DNA of 64,000 nt from Scenedesmus sp. PABB004. Taxonomy: Eukaryota. The notes under the pieces were generated by a model. It saw only the letters and a list, made by a program, of their open reading frames with translations, made no database searches and had not been told where the DNA came from. The stretch is taken from the NCBI GenBank assembly GCA_014905635.1, contig JABVCE010000014.1, positions 1 to 64,000 on the forward strand, given 5' to 3'. The first letter of the stretch is position 1; each line of letters begins with the position of its first letter. Both the position numbers and the translations under genes were made by a program. This document shows, piece after piece, positions 24,466 through 37,398 of this stretch.

Positions 24466-27400
24466 ATGCAAGATCCCAGCACCCATCGTGAGCTGGTTGC
24501 CGCGGTCGCGAGCCTGAAATCATGCCTGCGCAGCGTGCTCCTCGCGCTGGCGCCGGCGCCGGGCGGGGCGCCGGGCGCCAACAACAGCCCGCCCGCCGGC
24601 GGGGCCCCGCCCGGCGCGCCCGACCGCCTGGCCGGCGCGCTGGCGCGGGCGGGGCAGGCCGCCGCGGCGCTGCGGCGCCTGCTGGCGGCGGTGTCTGACC
24701 AGTCGCTGCGCCTGCCGCTCGAGACGAGCAAGCGGCTGGTGGAGGTGGAGCTGCCCGACCTCCTGGCGTCCCTGCTCGGCGTCGCCGGCCCCGGCTGCGC
24801 CTGGCCGGCGCCGGCGCCCGCCGGCGGCGGCGGCGCCGCCGCCGGCCCGGGCGCGGGTGCGCCGCTGCCGGCGCTGCGCCACCCCGCCTGGCCGGACGTG
24901 TCGGGCCTCATCGCCGAGGTCTTTGGCGTGCTGCACCTGCTGTGCGACGTCGCGGTGCGCGCGTGCCGGCGCAGCGCCGACCCGGTCATGGTGCTGCTGC
25001 AGCTCGCGTCGCCCCGCGTCGTCGAGGCGTGCGTGGCCCACATGCACGCGCTCTGGGCGGCGCACGTGGGCGAGCAGGCCGCGGCCGCGCCCGCGGACGC
25101 GGGCGCGGCCGTGGACGCGGGCGCGCCTGCCGCGCCCGGCGGCGCCGCGCCGCCCGCGCGGCGCGCGTGCGAGGCGTTTGGCGGCGCCGTGTCGGCGTTC
25201 AGCGGCGTGTACGCGGTGCTCGCGGCGGCGGTGGACGCGCAGGCGGGGCTGGGCGAGCTCGAGGCGGTGCTCGCGGGCGGCCTCAGCGCCAGCGGCTTCC
25301 TGCCCGCCGCGGTGCAGCTGCTGCTCGCCGCCGCGGCGGCGCCGGGCGGCGAGCACGACCTGGCGGTGCACTGCCAGGCGGGCGGGTGGGACCTGCTCAC
25401 GCTCGCGCTGTTCCTCTCGGGCGGCGACATCGCGACCTGCCCCGCGGGGCCCAGCAGCGCGGACGTGCGAGCGGGGCAGCACATCCCCAGCAGCGTGCTC
25501 GCGGCCCACATCCGCCAGGCCGAGGACGCCCCGCGCGCCGCCGGCAAGCCACCGGGCGCGGCGGCGGCGGCCGCCGCGTCGGCGAGCCTTGCGGCGAGCG
25601 AGGCGGCGTGCGGGCTGCCGCTGGGCGCGATGACGGCCCAGCTCCTGGCGCCGCCGGTGCTGCTGTTCCTGGAGGAGCGGCTGCACCACGCGGTGCGGGA
25701 GATGCGCGGCCTCTGCGCCGGCGCGCCCGGGGGCAGCAGCGGCGCGCTCGCGGCGCTCGGCCGCCCCGGCTCGCCCGCCGAGGCGGCGGACAGCGGCGGG
25801 GAGGTGCTGCCGCTGCTGCCGGGGCGCTGCGTGCCGGACGACCAGGACGTGCTCGCGGCCGCGCTGCGCACGCTGCGCGTTTGGCGCGCGCTGCTGCTCG
25901 GCCCCGCGGGCCCGGCGCTGCCGCTTGTGAGCGGGCGCGGGCTGGGCCTGCTGCTCGCGCTGCTGCGCGGCGCGCTGGCGGAGAGCATCAAGGACGGCAG
26001 CGCGGAGCGCCAGGCGCTGCGCGGCCGCCTTGTGCGCGTCGCGGTGCACTGCCTGCAGCTCGTGTGCGGCTATGTGGCGCCGGGCACGCTGCGCGACGCG
26101 CTGCCGGACCTCACGTCCGCGCTCGCGGGCGTCGTGGGCGCGGCGGGCGCGTTCTGGGACGCCCACCGGCGCCTCATCAAGAGCGCAGACCTCTCCTTCA
26201 CCGGCCAGGTGCGGCGGCGGCGGCAGCAGGGCGCGGCGGTGGCCCCGGCGCACGCGAAGCAGCAGGGGCGCGCCCGCCGCGCGCGCCCGCCGACGGGCCC
26301 GCTCAGCGAGGGGCCGCCCCCCCCCCCCCCCGCCCACGCGCGCCCGCCAGGTGCGGTGCGTGGACAAGGCGACGGGCGACATGCTCGTGCGCTACAGCAT
26401 GGCCGCGGCCAGCGCGCTGCTGGTGCTCGGCCAGCTGCTCGCGGCGTGCGGCGCGGAGCCCGGCGGCGCGGCGGCCGCGGCGGGCGTCATGCTGGACGCG
26501 GGCCTGCTGCCGCCGGTGGAGCAGCTCTTCCGCCAGGTGCCCGTGGTCAGCGCCGCGCACGTCGCGGCGGCCGACCTGCTTGTGCAGCTGCTGCCGGCGG
26601 GCTCGGCGCACGCCGGCCTCGGCGCGGGGCAGCTGCCGCTGCTCGCGACGCTGCGCAAGTTCACCGTGCGCGCGGCGGGCGTGGCGGAGCCCGACCGCGA
26701 GGCCGCGCACGCCGCGACGGCGCGCCTGGCCACCCTGCTCGGCCGGCTCGCGTGCGCCGCCGACGCGGGCGCCGTGGTGGCGCCGTGCGCGCCGCAGTGC
26801 GTGCTGCTGCAGCACACGGCGGCGCAGCTGCTGCCGGCGCTGCAGGCGCACGCGGCGGCGATGCTGCGGGCGCCGCTGACGGGCGCCGTTGGCCTGGCGC
26901 CCAGCGGCGCGCTCACGTCGCTCGCGGCGCTCAGCCTGTCGCCGTCGGCGGGCGCGGCCGGCCAGGGGCCGTGCTGCCACCTGTTCAGCGTGCTGCTGGA
27001 GACGTACGCCCGCCTCGCATGCGTCGCGGCGCGCGCGCCGGCGCTGGGCCTCACGCAGCAGCTCCTGGCCGCGCAGGCGCCCGCGACGGCGGCGGCCATC
27101 GTGGGCAGCAGCTTCTGGGCGCACCCGGCGGTCGCGGCCGCCGCGGCGCTGCCGCGCAACGCGGGCCTCACCCCCGCCGCGGTGGGCGGCAGCGTCGTGA
27201 CGCTGCTCGAGGCCCTGGTCGCGGCGCCCGGCGCGGCGCCCGCTGGCAGCGGCACGGCCACGCCGCTGCTGCATTCCAGCTGCAGCGACGACTGCCTGCT
27301 CGCCATCCAGCGCCAGGGCGGCGGGCAGTGCCCGCTCGGCAACCTGCAGTGCGGGCTCGACGGCTGCTCCTGCTGCTGCAGCCCCAAGGCCACGTCGGAG

Positions 27401-28897
27401 CCCTCCCCGGGCCGGCCGGCGGGCGTCTCGTCGCCCGGCGGCCTGGGCGCTGCGCCCGTGCTGGCGCCGCCGCCGCAGGCGGGCGCGCCGCAGCAGCAGC
27501 TCGTGCTGCTGTCGGCGCTGCTGCAGAGCCGGCTGCTCCCCGAGGCACACCGGCTGCTGGCGGCGCTGCCGGCCGGCGGCGTGGCGCTGCCGCAGGCCGC
27601 CAGCGGGGCGCTGCGCGGCGAGTCGCCCCGCGGCGGCGGCGCTGGCGCGTTCAGCTCCGGCTCTGCCGCGGTGGCCATCCCGCCGCGCCTCGGCAGCGGC
27701 GCGGCGCAGCTGTCGGCGCGGGACCGCGTGAGCGGCACCAGCCCCACCTACTCCATTCTCACCACCCTCGCGGCCAGCAGCGCGCGGCAGCAGGCCGCGC
27801 GCCTGGGCGGCGGCGCGCGGCGCGCGTCGGACGGGCTCGCCGCGGGGGGTGGCAGCCCGCCCGCGGTGGACGGCGACGTCGGCGGCCTCCTGCGCGGCGG
27901 GAGCTGGGGCAGCTTCCACGGCGCCTGGCTCGCCGCCGGCTCGGCGAGCGGGACGGGCGACGCGCGCCAGAGTCTGGCGCGGCAGAGCAGCAGCGGCTTC
28001 AGCAGCAGCGCCGCGAGCCTCGGCTCGCTCGCCGCCGCGCTCAGCGAGGCCGCGGCGGCACTGCCCGCCGGCAGCCGCGGCCCATCGCTGAGCCAGCAGC
28101 AGGGCCTGGACGCGGCGCTGGCGCTGGCGCTGCGGCTGCAGGCCGTGCTGCTGGCAGTGGGCCAGCGCGCGCTCGAGCTGGCGGGCGTGGGCGCCCTGGG
28201 CGCGGCCGAGGGCCGCGCCTCGGCCAGCCTCAGCACCGCCAGCAGCGGCGAGGCGCCCGCGCGGCAGGGCAGCTGGTCCGGCGCGATGGGCTCGGCGCCG
28301 CCGGCGCTGCTCCTGCACGGCCGCAGCACCTCGGGCAGCGTCGGCAGCCTGCACTCGCTGCCGGGGCAGGACAGCGAGGTCGTGCTGGCCGCGCTGCGCG
28401 CTGCGCTTGCGGGCGCGCGGGGCGGCGCGGTCGCGCTCTCCGCTGGCGGCAGCGCGAGCGAGCCGCTGTTCTCCGTCGACCTGGCGCCGCTGGAGGCCCC
28501 GGCGCCCGGCGGCGCGCCGGCGCCGTCCGGCGGCGGCGGCGGCGCCGGCGAGCCCGCGGCCGTGCTGGAGGGCCTGCGCGGCCTGGTCGGCAGCGTGCAG
28601 GCGGCGGCGCCGCTGCTCGCCCGCAGCGCCGCGGGCGCCGACTCGCAGCCGTGCACGCACGCGGCGCTGGCGCGCCTCGCCCCGCGGCCCGTGGGCTGCT
28701 GGAACGCGGGCTGCGTCGTCATGGCCGGCGCCAGCGAGGCAGCGGCGCCCGCCAAGCCCTGCCCCAACTGCGGCGTTGCGGTGTTTTGCAGCAAGGGCTG
28801 CGAGAAGGCGGCGTGGTCCGGCCACACCCTCGCCTGTGCCAAGCTGGCGGCGGCGGCGGCCGTGGCCGCGGCCGCGGCCGCGCCGGGCGCCCACTGA
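24466..28897 (+). CDS. Large protein with C-terminal MYND-type zinc finger; 2 exons (intron ~26209-26350)
   Basis: Long coding-biased ORFs ending GCWNAGC...CPNCGVAVFCSKGCEKAAWSGHTLAC. Confidence 0.8.
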
Positions 28898-30145
28898 GCG
28901 GCGGCGGCGCGCGCACGGGCGGCGGGCGAGGGATGACCTTTCGTCTGGCAGCAGGGGCCTCCCGCCCGGCAGCGGCAGAGGGCGGCGTGAATGCGTCGGT
29001 GGGCGCCCTGCAGGATGCGTGCGAGAGACCCTTGCGAGCCGGTGTGCGCGCTGGTCTGCACTGGGGGGGAGCTTGCGCTTGCACGCGTTGTGTTGCCGCC
29101 ACGCGCGCGACTGTCCGACCAGAAGAGGGCATGGGCTTCGCTTGTCTGCGTCATCATCATCCGTGAGCGACGGGGCAGAGTGTGCCACGCTGTGCGTGTG
29201 TGTGCGCGGCGACATTCATCCGCGCCGCAGCTCGCCGGCGGCCCGGCGGCGCCCCGATTGGGGGCGGCCGCGCGGCGCCGCCGGCATGGGTCGTCGCTTC
29301 CTCATGTCTCGGCAGCAACGGCGGCGGGCACGTTTCTCGCAGCCAGCAGCCCCGCCCCCGCGCCCCTCGCCAGCGCGGGCTGCGCGACGCCGCGTAGCAC
29401 ATGCGCGCGCGCGTGCGGCCCGGCGCGCCTGCGAGCACAGCGCGGCGGGGGCGGCGGCGGCCTCGTCTGGCGTGTGTGCGTGTGTGTGTGTGTGTGCGCG
29501 CGTGCGCGCGTGTGTGAAGGGGGGTGGTGATGTATCGCTTCCTTGCTGCACCCCGCGTGGATCGTGTGTTTAGCCAGCGCAACGGCCAGCGGCTTGACCC
29601 CAGGCAGCAGCAGCACTGCTTTGACCAGTGACGGGCGCGGGGGCTGCTGCGTGGGCGGGGCGCGCAGGCCGGCCTCGCCGCGACTCGCGCGTGCGCCATC
29701 TTGGGCTGTGTTTTGCTGCCGCGGGAAGAATAAGCGACCGACGGCCCCCTCCCTCTTCTTTGTGGTGTAGTCTCCCCCTCTTGCTCGCGTGACTGACCTC
29801 CGCTTCCCCCCGCTGCGCGCGTGACTGATGTGGGCGGCCGGGCGGGTGCTGATGCAACATGCGCGCGCGGGCGGGACCGCCGCCGTCAGACCCGCCGCGG
29901 AGCATTACAGGCGGGCAGATGCGCCTCCGTGCAGCCGCGGCACTCGCCAACCAGCCGGAGCCACACCGCGAAACATGCTAGCTACAAACCGCCGAGCGCC
30001 GCTGCGCTCGGCGCCGCGGTCGGCCGCTCGCCCGCCACCGCCACCGCCGCCGCTGCGCCCGCCCGCTGCTGCGGGGCGGCAGCCGCCGCGCGGCGCTGCT
30101 GCTGCGCGCCCAAAAAGGATGCCGCCCGCGCGCGCGGGAGGCTGC

Positions 30146-31178
30146 TCAGATCCGCTTGCGCTCCGACCCGCCCTTGCCGTTCTCGCCTGCGCAGCGCGCG
30201 GCGCGGGCGGGCGGCACGTGGTGGGCGGGCGCCCCGCGTTCGCCGCCGGCCCGCGGCCGCGCTGCGCCGCCGGCCGGCTGCGCCGTCGCCGCCGCGGCGC
30301 TCACCCGAGGTCTGGGGGCCGTTGATGATGGGCAGCTTGGCGTCCTTGGAGCCCTTGGCGCCAAACGCGACGATCGCGCCGATGCCGGCTGCGCGCGCGC
30401 GGGCGGGAGCGGGGGGGGGGGGGGGGGGGGGGGTCGGCACGCGCACGCTCGCTGCCGATCGGGCGCCCGCCGCGCCCGCGCACGCTGCCGCGCACGCTGC
30501 CGCGCACGCCGCCGCGCACGCTGCCGCGCACGCTGCCACGCCGCCACCCCTGCTCCGCGCAGGCGCAGCGCGGCTCACTGAGCGCCACAAAGCCGCGCAG
30601 CGCCTCGCGGCGCTTGAGCACGTCGCCCGCGCGCATGAAGAACTCGTTCTGCATGCCCGGGTAGCGCTTGTCGCTGTCCTGGCCGTACATGTCCCAGCTG
30701 CCGGTGGTGTTCTCGAGGTCCTGCGACGACGCGCCCGCGGCGGCCGGCGTCGACGCGCGGACGCGGCGCGCTGCCGGCGCGCCCGCTCCGCCAGCACCGC
30801 CGCCTCTCTGCCTGCGCCGCCGCCCCCCGGGGAGGGCGCCGCGCACGACCGGCGCTGCCGGGCGCGCCGCGTGCGGCGCGCCGCCCCGATCCCGCCGCCG
30901 CCGCGCTCACGGTGAGGTCGAAGTAGCGGCTGTTCTCGCCGTACTTGGCGCAGACCTTCACGGCCCTGCGGGGCGCGCCAGGGCGCGCGGGGCGCGCGCT
31001 GGGGCGAGGCGTTCGCCATCGCGGGCACCTCCCGGCCAAACGCCCGCTCCGCTGGCCCTGCACGCCCGGCTGTGGGCTCTCCAGCGCGCGGGCCCCACCT
31101 GCGCGCGGGCACGGCGGCCCTGGCGCGGCTGGCGGCCACCGGACGGGCGGCCACGCTGGACTTCATGGTCAGGGCCAT
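30146..31178 (-). CDS. PSAH: Photosystem I subunit VI (PsaH); 5 exons
   Basis: Transit peptide + AKYGENSRYFDL|DLENTTGSWDMYGQD..RY...QNEFF...FGAKGSKDAKLPIINGPQ..GENGKGG. Confidence 0.95.
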
Positions 31179-31678
31179 GGCTGCGGGCGGCGGCGGGCGT
31201 GATGGCGCGGATCGGGCGGCGTGGCGGGTGTGGGCGCGTCGCGCGGCGCCACCGCGCACGCGCGGCAGTGCAGCGATCTCCGCGGTTTAGGGCGCGCGCG
31301 ACCTGGCAACATGCTCGTTGCGGGCACCCTCGTGGCGTACGCCTCCCCGCGCTGCGCCTGAGGGCGGCCGCGTCGTGGACGGCGGCGGCGGGGGCGGCGG
31401 GGGCGGGCGCCCGTCCACCCGCCCCCCGCTCTCGTCGCCGCCGCCACTGCGATCGCGATCAGGGCAGGCCGGCAGATGCTCTCTGCACCACCGCCATGCA
31501 CCGCCGACACGGCGCCCGCCGCCAGGGCGTTGCCGGTGCCCACGTCGGCCCCGCCGCGCGGCGCGCGGCGGAGCCCTGCGCCCACGCCCTGGCCGCGGCC
31601 GCGCCGCCCGGCGCGAGGCCGCCGTCCAGGGCCGCGGCGTCGAGCACGAGGCCGAGGCGCGCCGCCCCGCCGGCGAGG

Positions 31679-32060
31679 GTGAGCGCGCAAACACCGAGCG
31701 CGCGCAGGCGCGCTGCGGGCGCACGGCGCGCGCGCGCGGCGGCGCTGCCCCACCGCAGCGCGTCCTGCAGCTGGGCGGCGTGCTCGGGGCCAAACTGCTG
31801 CACCGCGTTGAACTGGGAGAAGAAGAACGACAGCGCCCAGGTCATGGTCGCGGCGCTGCCCGAGTGCGCGGCGTGGCAGAGAAAGGTTGGCCCCGGCGTC
31901 GCGTGCGCGCGCAGCACCTCCAGCACGGCGACATGCCCGCCCTGCGCCACCAGGTCCAGGGCCATGGACGTCGCGCTGGCGCCGGGCTGCTGCGCCGCCC
32001 AGCTCAGCGCGCCGCCGGCCAGCAGGCAGCGCAGCACGTCGGCATGCCCGGCTGCGGCGT

Positions 32061-32102
<42 letters not shown>

Positions 32103-32760
32103 GGGCGTCAGCCTCGGCGCGCGGCGACCGAGGCCCCTGCGGGCGGCGCCGCGCGGCCAGCGGCGCGCTCACCGGCCGCGGCGGCGAAGAAGGCGCTGCT
32201 GCGCACGTAGTGGTGGCAGCCGCCGAGCGGCGCGGCGGGCATGATCGGCACGAGCGCCGCCACGAGCGCCGCCTGGCCGCCGGCCGCGGCAAACGGCAGC
32301 AGGCAGTGCGCCGCGTGCGGCAGCGCCGCCGCTGCCACCGCGGCGCCCGCCGCCAGGGCGTCGCCGGCGCCCTGCGCCCACGCCTTGGCCGCGGCGGCGC
32401 CGCCCGGCGCGAGGCCGCCGTCCAGGGCCGCGGCGTCGAGCATGAGGCCGAGGCATGCCGCCCCGCCGGCGGGGGTGTGCCGCAGGCGCCGCAGCCGCGC
32501 CCAGCCGGCCAGCCGGTACGCGCCCAGGCCTGCCCGGCACCGGCCCCGGCCGGCGCGGCGGGCCTGGGGTGCCGCCCAGAGGCGCAGCAGGCCCTGCCGG
32601 GAGCTCAGCGCGTGCGCCAGCGCGCTGCAGGAGCTCGTGCACGCCTCCAGCGGACGCGGGCTAGCGATGCGCCTCCGACAGCTCCGCGCCGCGAGCCATG
32701 CCGGCGCGAGCCGCGGCGACCCGGCTGGCGAGCGCGCCGACGGTGTTGGAGTGCGGCGCG
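31679..32760 (-). pseudogene. Partial duplicate of the 5' part of the ankyrin gene, introns included
   Basis: Near-identical to ~19527-20697, with a 93-bp deletion (20504-20596) that removes the native ATG. Confidence 0.9.
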
Positions 32761-32765
32761 CGGGG

Positions 32766-33297
32766 CGGGCGGCCACGCTGGACTTCATGGTCAGGGCCAT
32801 GGCTGCGGGCGGCGGCGGGCGTGATGGCGCGGATCGGGCGGCGTGGCGGGTGTAGGCGCGTCGCGCGGCGCCACCGCGCACGCGCGGCAGTGCAGCGATC
32901 TCCGCGGTTTAGGGCGCGCGCGACCTGGCAACATGCTCGTTGCGGGCACCCTCGTGGCGTACGCCTCCCCGCGCTGCGCCTGAGGGCGGCCGCGTCGTGG
33001 ACGGCGGCGGCGGGGGCGGCGGGGGCGGGCGCCCGTCCACCCGCCCCCCGCTCTCGTCGCCGCCGCCACTGCGATCGCGATCAGGGCAGGCCGGCAGATG
33101 CTCTCTGCACCACCGCCGTGCACCGCCGACACGGCGCCTGCCGCCAGCACGTTGCCGGCGCCCACGTCGGCCCCGCCGCGCGCCGCGCGGCGGGGCCCTG
33201 CGCCCACGCCCTGGCCGCGGCCGCGCCGCCCGGCGCGAGGCCGCCGTCCAGGGCCGCGGCGTCGAGCACGAGGCCGAGGCGCGCCGCCCCGCCGGCG
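32766..33297 (-). repeat. Duplicate of PsaH upstream region and first ~12 codons
   Basis: Near-identical to 31144-31675 (offset 1622). Confidence 0.9.
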
Positions 33298-33588
33298 GGG
33301 GTGTGCGGACGGTGCGCGGGGCGAGCGGCCCGCGTCGCTCGCGGGCCCGGGTTCCGGCGTGCGCCCTGCGCGGGGCGCGCAACTGCCGTGTCAGCAGGTC
33401 GTGGGCTGGCGCGGGGCTCGTCCCGGCAGCAACCAGTTGTTGCCGGCGCCAGCAGCGCGTGCCCGCCAAGTGCCCCCCTCCCAACCCACGCGCATGTGCT
33501 GCGCGTCCGCTGCGGCTGCTGTTGGCACACCCGCCGCCGCGGCGCCTACGCGGCGCCGGCGGCGGTGGCCCCCGGCCCCCGGGTGGCC

Positions 33589-33619
33589 TCAAAACTGTTC
33601 GTGAAACACCCCGCTCGGT

Positions 33620-33653
<34 letters not shown>

Positions 33654-34256
33654 CCGGCGCCTGCGCCGCCCGCGCCGTCGCCTCCCGCGCCAGCCGCGCC
33701 TCGCGCAGCGCGCGCTGCTGCTCCGCGTGCGCCGCCGCCTCGCGCTGCTCCGCCGCGATCTGCTCCCTCATCGTCGCCGCCGCCGCGCGCAGCTGCGCCT
33801 GGCGCTCGCCCGCGGCCGCCGCCTCGGCCGCCGCCGCTGCGGCGGCCTCGGCGCGTCGCTGCGCGTCAAACGCGGCGAGCTCCTCCGCGGGGCGGCGCGC
33901 GCGCTCGCGCGCGACCATCTGCTCGATCAGCTTCTCCTCGACCTGCGGCGGCGGGGCGGGCAGGGGAGCGGCCTGAGCGGGGAGGCGCCGGGCGGGCTGC
34001 TGCCGCAGCGCGGCAGCGCCCTCCGGGCAGCTCCCCCGCGCGCCTGCAGGTTGCGCAGCTGGCGCTGGATGCGGACGTGGATCTTCTCCAGCGCCTCGCC
34101 CTCCGCGCCCAGCGCGCGGAGGAGCGCCTGGTACGTGATCAGGCGCAGCGGCGGCGCCGCCGCGGCGGCCGCGTCGTCCGTCGCCGCCGCCGCCTGCTCC
34201 AGCGCCAGCGGCGGCGCCAGCTGGAGCTGGAGCTGCTGCGACTCCGGCTGCGCCAT
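33589..34256 (-). CDS. Small coiled-coil protein, SNAPC5 (SNAP19)-like; 2 exons
   Basis: LRALGAEGEALEKIHVRIQRQLRNLQ|VEEKLIEQMV across a GC-AG intron (33943-34043); poly-Q near the C-terminus. Confidence 0.55.
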
Positions 34257-34648
34257 GGCGCCTGAGCGGCGGCGGGCGGCGCTGCGCCGTGCGCGCGCCG
34301 CGTGCGGGCGGAGCGCGGTCGTCGCGGTCGCGGTCGCGGCGGCCGTCGCGGCGGCGGCGCTGGTGGTGCAACGTTCGCTCAGCGAGGCACAGCGTCAGTT
34401 GCGGCCGGGCTGGCTCGCGGTTCTGCATCGCCTGGCCTCGCCCGCCTTTGCGCCGCGGCGGCCGCTGGCTCCCCCCTTTTCCCAACTCACCTGTGCCCTG
34501 CTCTGGAGCCTCACGGTGCGGCGCGCGGCCCGCGGCGGCCCCGCGGCGCGCCCGGCGGCAGCAGGCTGCGCCCGGCCGCGCCGCGCCCACGGCGCCCGGC
34601 CGCGCGTGCGCGTCGTCGCAGGCTGAGAAGGAGCAGTAAGCCGTCAAG

Positions 34649-35414
34649 ATGGTGGCCGCCAAGAAGACGGTGCGGCGGCGGCGGAGCAGCAGCAGAGCAT
34701 CAGCACGCCCGCCCCCGCCGCCCCCGGCCCCCGAGCGCCCGTGCGCGCCGTCGCCCCGCAGAAGAAGAGCCAGGAGAACATCAACAGCCGCCTGGCGCTG
34801 GTGATGAAGTCCGGCAAGTACACCCTGGGCTACAAGACGTGCCTGAAGACGCTGCGCTCGGGCAAGGGTGCGCACCCGCGCGCGCCGGCGGCAGCGGCCC
34901 AAGCCTGCGGCGGCTGGGGCAGCGGTGGCGGCCGGCGGGGGCAGCAGCGGGCGGCGGCAGCAGCGCGCGGCGGGGCCGGCGCCCCATGCCTCACGCTCCC
35001 CGCCCCCCGCCTCGCCCACACCGCCGCCGCCGCAGCCAAGCTGGTGATCGTCAGCAGCAACTGCCCCCCCGTGCGCAAGTCCGAGATCGAGTACTACGCC
35101 ATGCTCTCCAAGACGGGCGTGCACCACTACTCCGGCAGTGAGTGCCCGCGCAGCGGCGGCGAGCGGCAGCGAGCGGCGAGCTGCGCCGCCCGCGCTGCGG
35201 CGGCGAGCGGCGAGCAGCGGACCGGCGGCGCGCGGCGGCGACCGCAGCGGCGGCGCGCAGCGACCGACCCTTGCCCGCCCCGCGCCGCGCCGCCGCGCGC
35301 CGCGCAGACAACGTCGACCTGGGCACCGCGTGCGGCAAGTACTTCCGCGTGAGCGTGCTCGCCATCACAGACCCCGGGGACTCGGACATCATCAAGACCA
35401 CCGGCTCCGAGTGA
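34649..35414 (+). CDS. RPL30: 60S ribosomal protein L30; 4 exons
   Basis: [32 protein letters not shown]...[35 protein letters not shown]...DPGDSDII. Confidence 0.97.
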
Positions 35415-35698
35415 GGGGGGCCGAGCTCAGCGCGCAGCTGAGCCCGCCCGCCGCGCCGGGGCCGCGTGCGCCGCGCAGCAGCGGGGGCGGCGGCGCCGCG
35501 CGGCGGCGCGCCGCCCGTGAGGGCGCGCGCGCCGGCGCTGGCGCGCTGCGGCGTGTCGGAAGGGGCATGCAAAGAGCTCGCCGCCGCGGCTGTGTAAACG
35601 GTCGTGCGGCGGGCTGCCCGGGTCGAGGCCGAGACCGCGCGCGAGAGGCGCGAGCGCAACCCGGCGCCGCGTGCGCGTTACCCCAGTGCCACGCCCGC

Positions 35699-37062
35699 TC
35701 AGCTGCTGCCGACGAGCAGGCCGGCCACGAGCGCGAGCCCGACCGCGATGTGCCAGCGCACGCCGTAGCGCTTCAGCGGGGCGATCGCCGCCGGCACCTC
35801 GTGGTTGGCGGCCGCAAAGTCGAGCAGCGACTTGGCGGCCGGCAGCGTCGCCGCCAGCGGCGCGAGCACGCGCGCCGGCACCACCCCCGCCGCCGCCGCG
35901 GCCAGGGCGAGCACGTAGGGCGCAGCCGTGGCGGCCTGCAGCACCTGCGGGCGCGGCGCCGCGCGTGACGGGCTGGGCGGCCCCGCCAGAGCACGGCCGC
36001 CCCCCGGCCACGGGCGCCGCGCGCGCGCGCGTTGCGCGGCCGCGCGCCCCGCACCTTGCACGCGCGCGCCGTGCCGAGCCGCACCAGCGGCGAGCGCTTG
36101 CCCGCCGCCGCGTCGCCCTCGATCTGGTGCCAGTGGCTGCAGAAGAGGATGACGCTCGTGCTGCACCCCACCAGCGCGCCGAGCAGCCACACGAGTGCCG
36201 GCACGCCCGCGCCGAGCGACGGCAGCGCCGCGGCGCCCGCGCCGGCGGCCGCCGCGGGGGCGTGCGCGAGGAAGAAGGCCGTCGTCGCGAGGGGGCCAAA
36301 CGCGGCGAAGCAGAGCGGCTCGCCGAGGCCCTTGTAGCTGAGCCGGAAGGGCGGGCCCTGATACACGTACCCGCACGCAATCGCGGCGCCCAACAGGCCC
36401 AGCACGCGGCCGTCGGGCGACGCGCCGGCGTGGGACCACAGCAGGGCCAGCCCCGCGGCGAGGAAGGCCTTTGCCGCGAGCAGCACGCCCGCCGGGCTGC
36501 GCGTGAGGTTGACCACGCTCTCCGCCTTGCCCACGTCAACGCCCGTGCCGCTGTCAAACGCGTCGTTGCTGCGCGCGTGGGCGGCGCGCGGGGGCAGTGC
36601 GCGCGGGCGCGGTCGGCGGGCGCGCCGCGCTGCGCTGCGCACGGCTGGCGGCTGCCGCGCCGCGCGCCGGGCCGCCCTGGCAGCCGGCGGGCACCTGAGG
36701 TTGAGCCACGCGATGACGCAGATGGCGCCCAGCACCAGGCCGCCGCACTGGCCCCAGCTCACGGCGCCGTGCACGAAGCGCGCCGCCGCGGCGCCGACGA
36801 GCACCGGCACGATGCCGACCGAGTACATCGGCGGCTTGATCGCCGCCAGCCACAGCGCGCGCCGGTCCGCCTGATGCACGTCCCCCGGTTGCTCCGGCGC
36901 GGCGCCGTCGCCGGAGAGGCTCAGGCTCGCGCGCGGCGCCCGTCGCCGGCCGCTGCTGCCGCCCGCTGGCGCACGGCACCGGCGCAGCTCGGCGTGCCGG
37001 CCCGCCGCTGGCGCAGGAGGCGCAGGGCGAGCGGCGCCATTGCGCTGCGCCAGGCGCTGCAT
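35699..37062 (-). CDS. menA: 1,4-dihydroxy-2-naphthoate prenyl (phytyl) transferase; 3 exons
   Basis: LWLAAIKPPMYSV, WLNLSNDAFDSGTGVD..KAESVVNL, YQGPPFRLSYKGLGEPL, ILFCSHWHQIEGD...GKRSPLVRLG. Confidence 0.92.
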
Positions 37063-37398
37063 GGGCCCGCGCAGGCGCCGGGAGCGGCGGCGGCGATGAA
37101 GCGCGCCCTGCTGGGCTGCTGGGCGCCCGCGCCGGCCAGCTGCGCGTCGCGTTGCCTAGAAACCGCAAAATTGAGCGCGCACGGGCGCTCTCGGGGCCGC
37201 AATCTCGTGCCGCCGCCGCTGCTGCTGCACGCGTCGCGTGATCGGCCGGGCGCTTGATCGAGATCGGCCGGGGCAGTGGGCCAGGGAGCGACTGCTGCAG
37301 CGGCCGATGCCACGGGCCCCGCCACGTTGTTGCAGCAGCCGCGCCGCTGAACCGCTCGGCGCCCCAGCTGCAGGCAACGCGCGCCTCCTGCGCCGCGC

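Noticed and set aside
30478..30540. 12-bp repeat x5 in a PsaH intron
   Set aside because: Ordinary minisatellite with no structural signal
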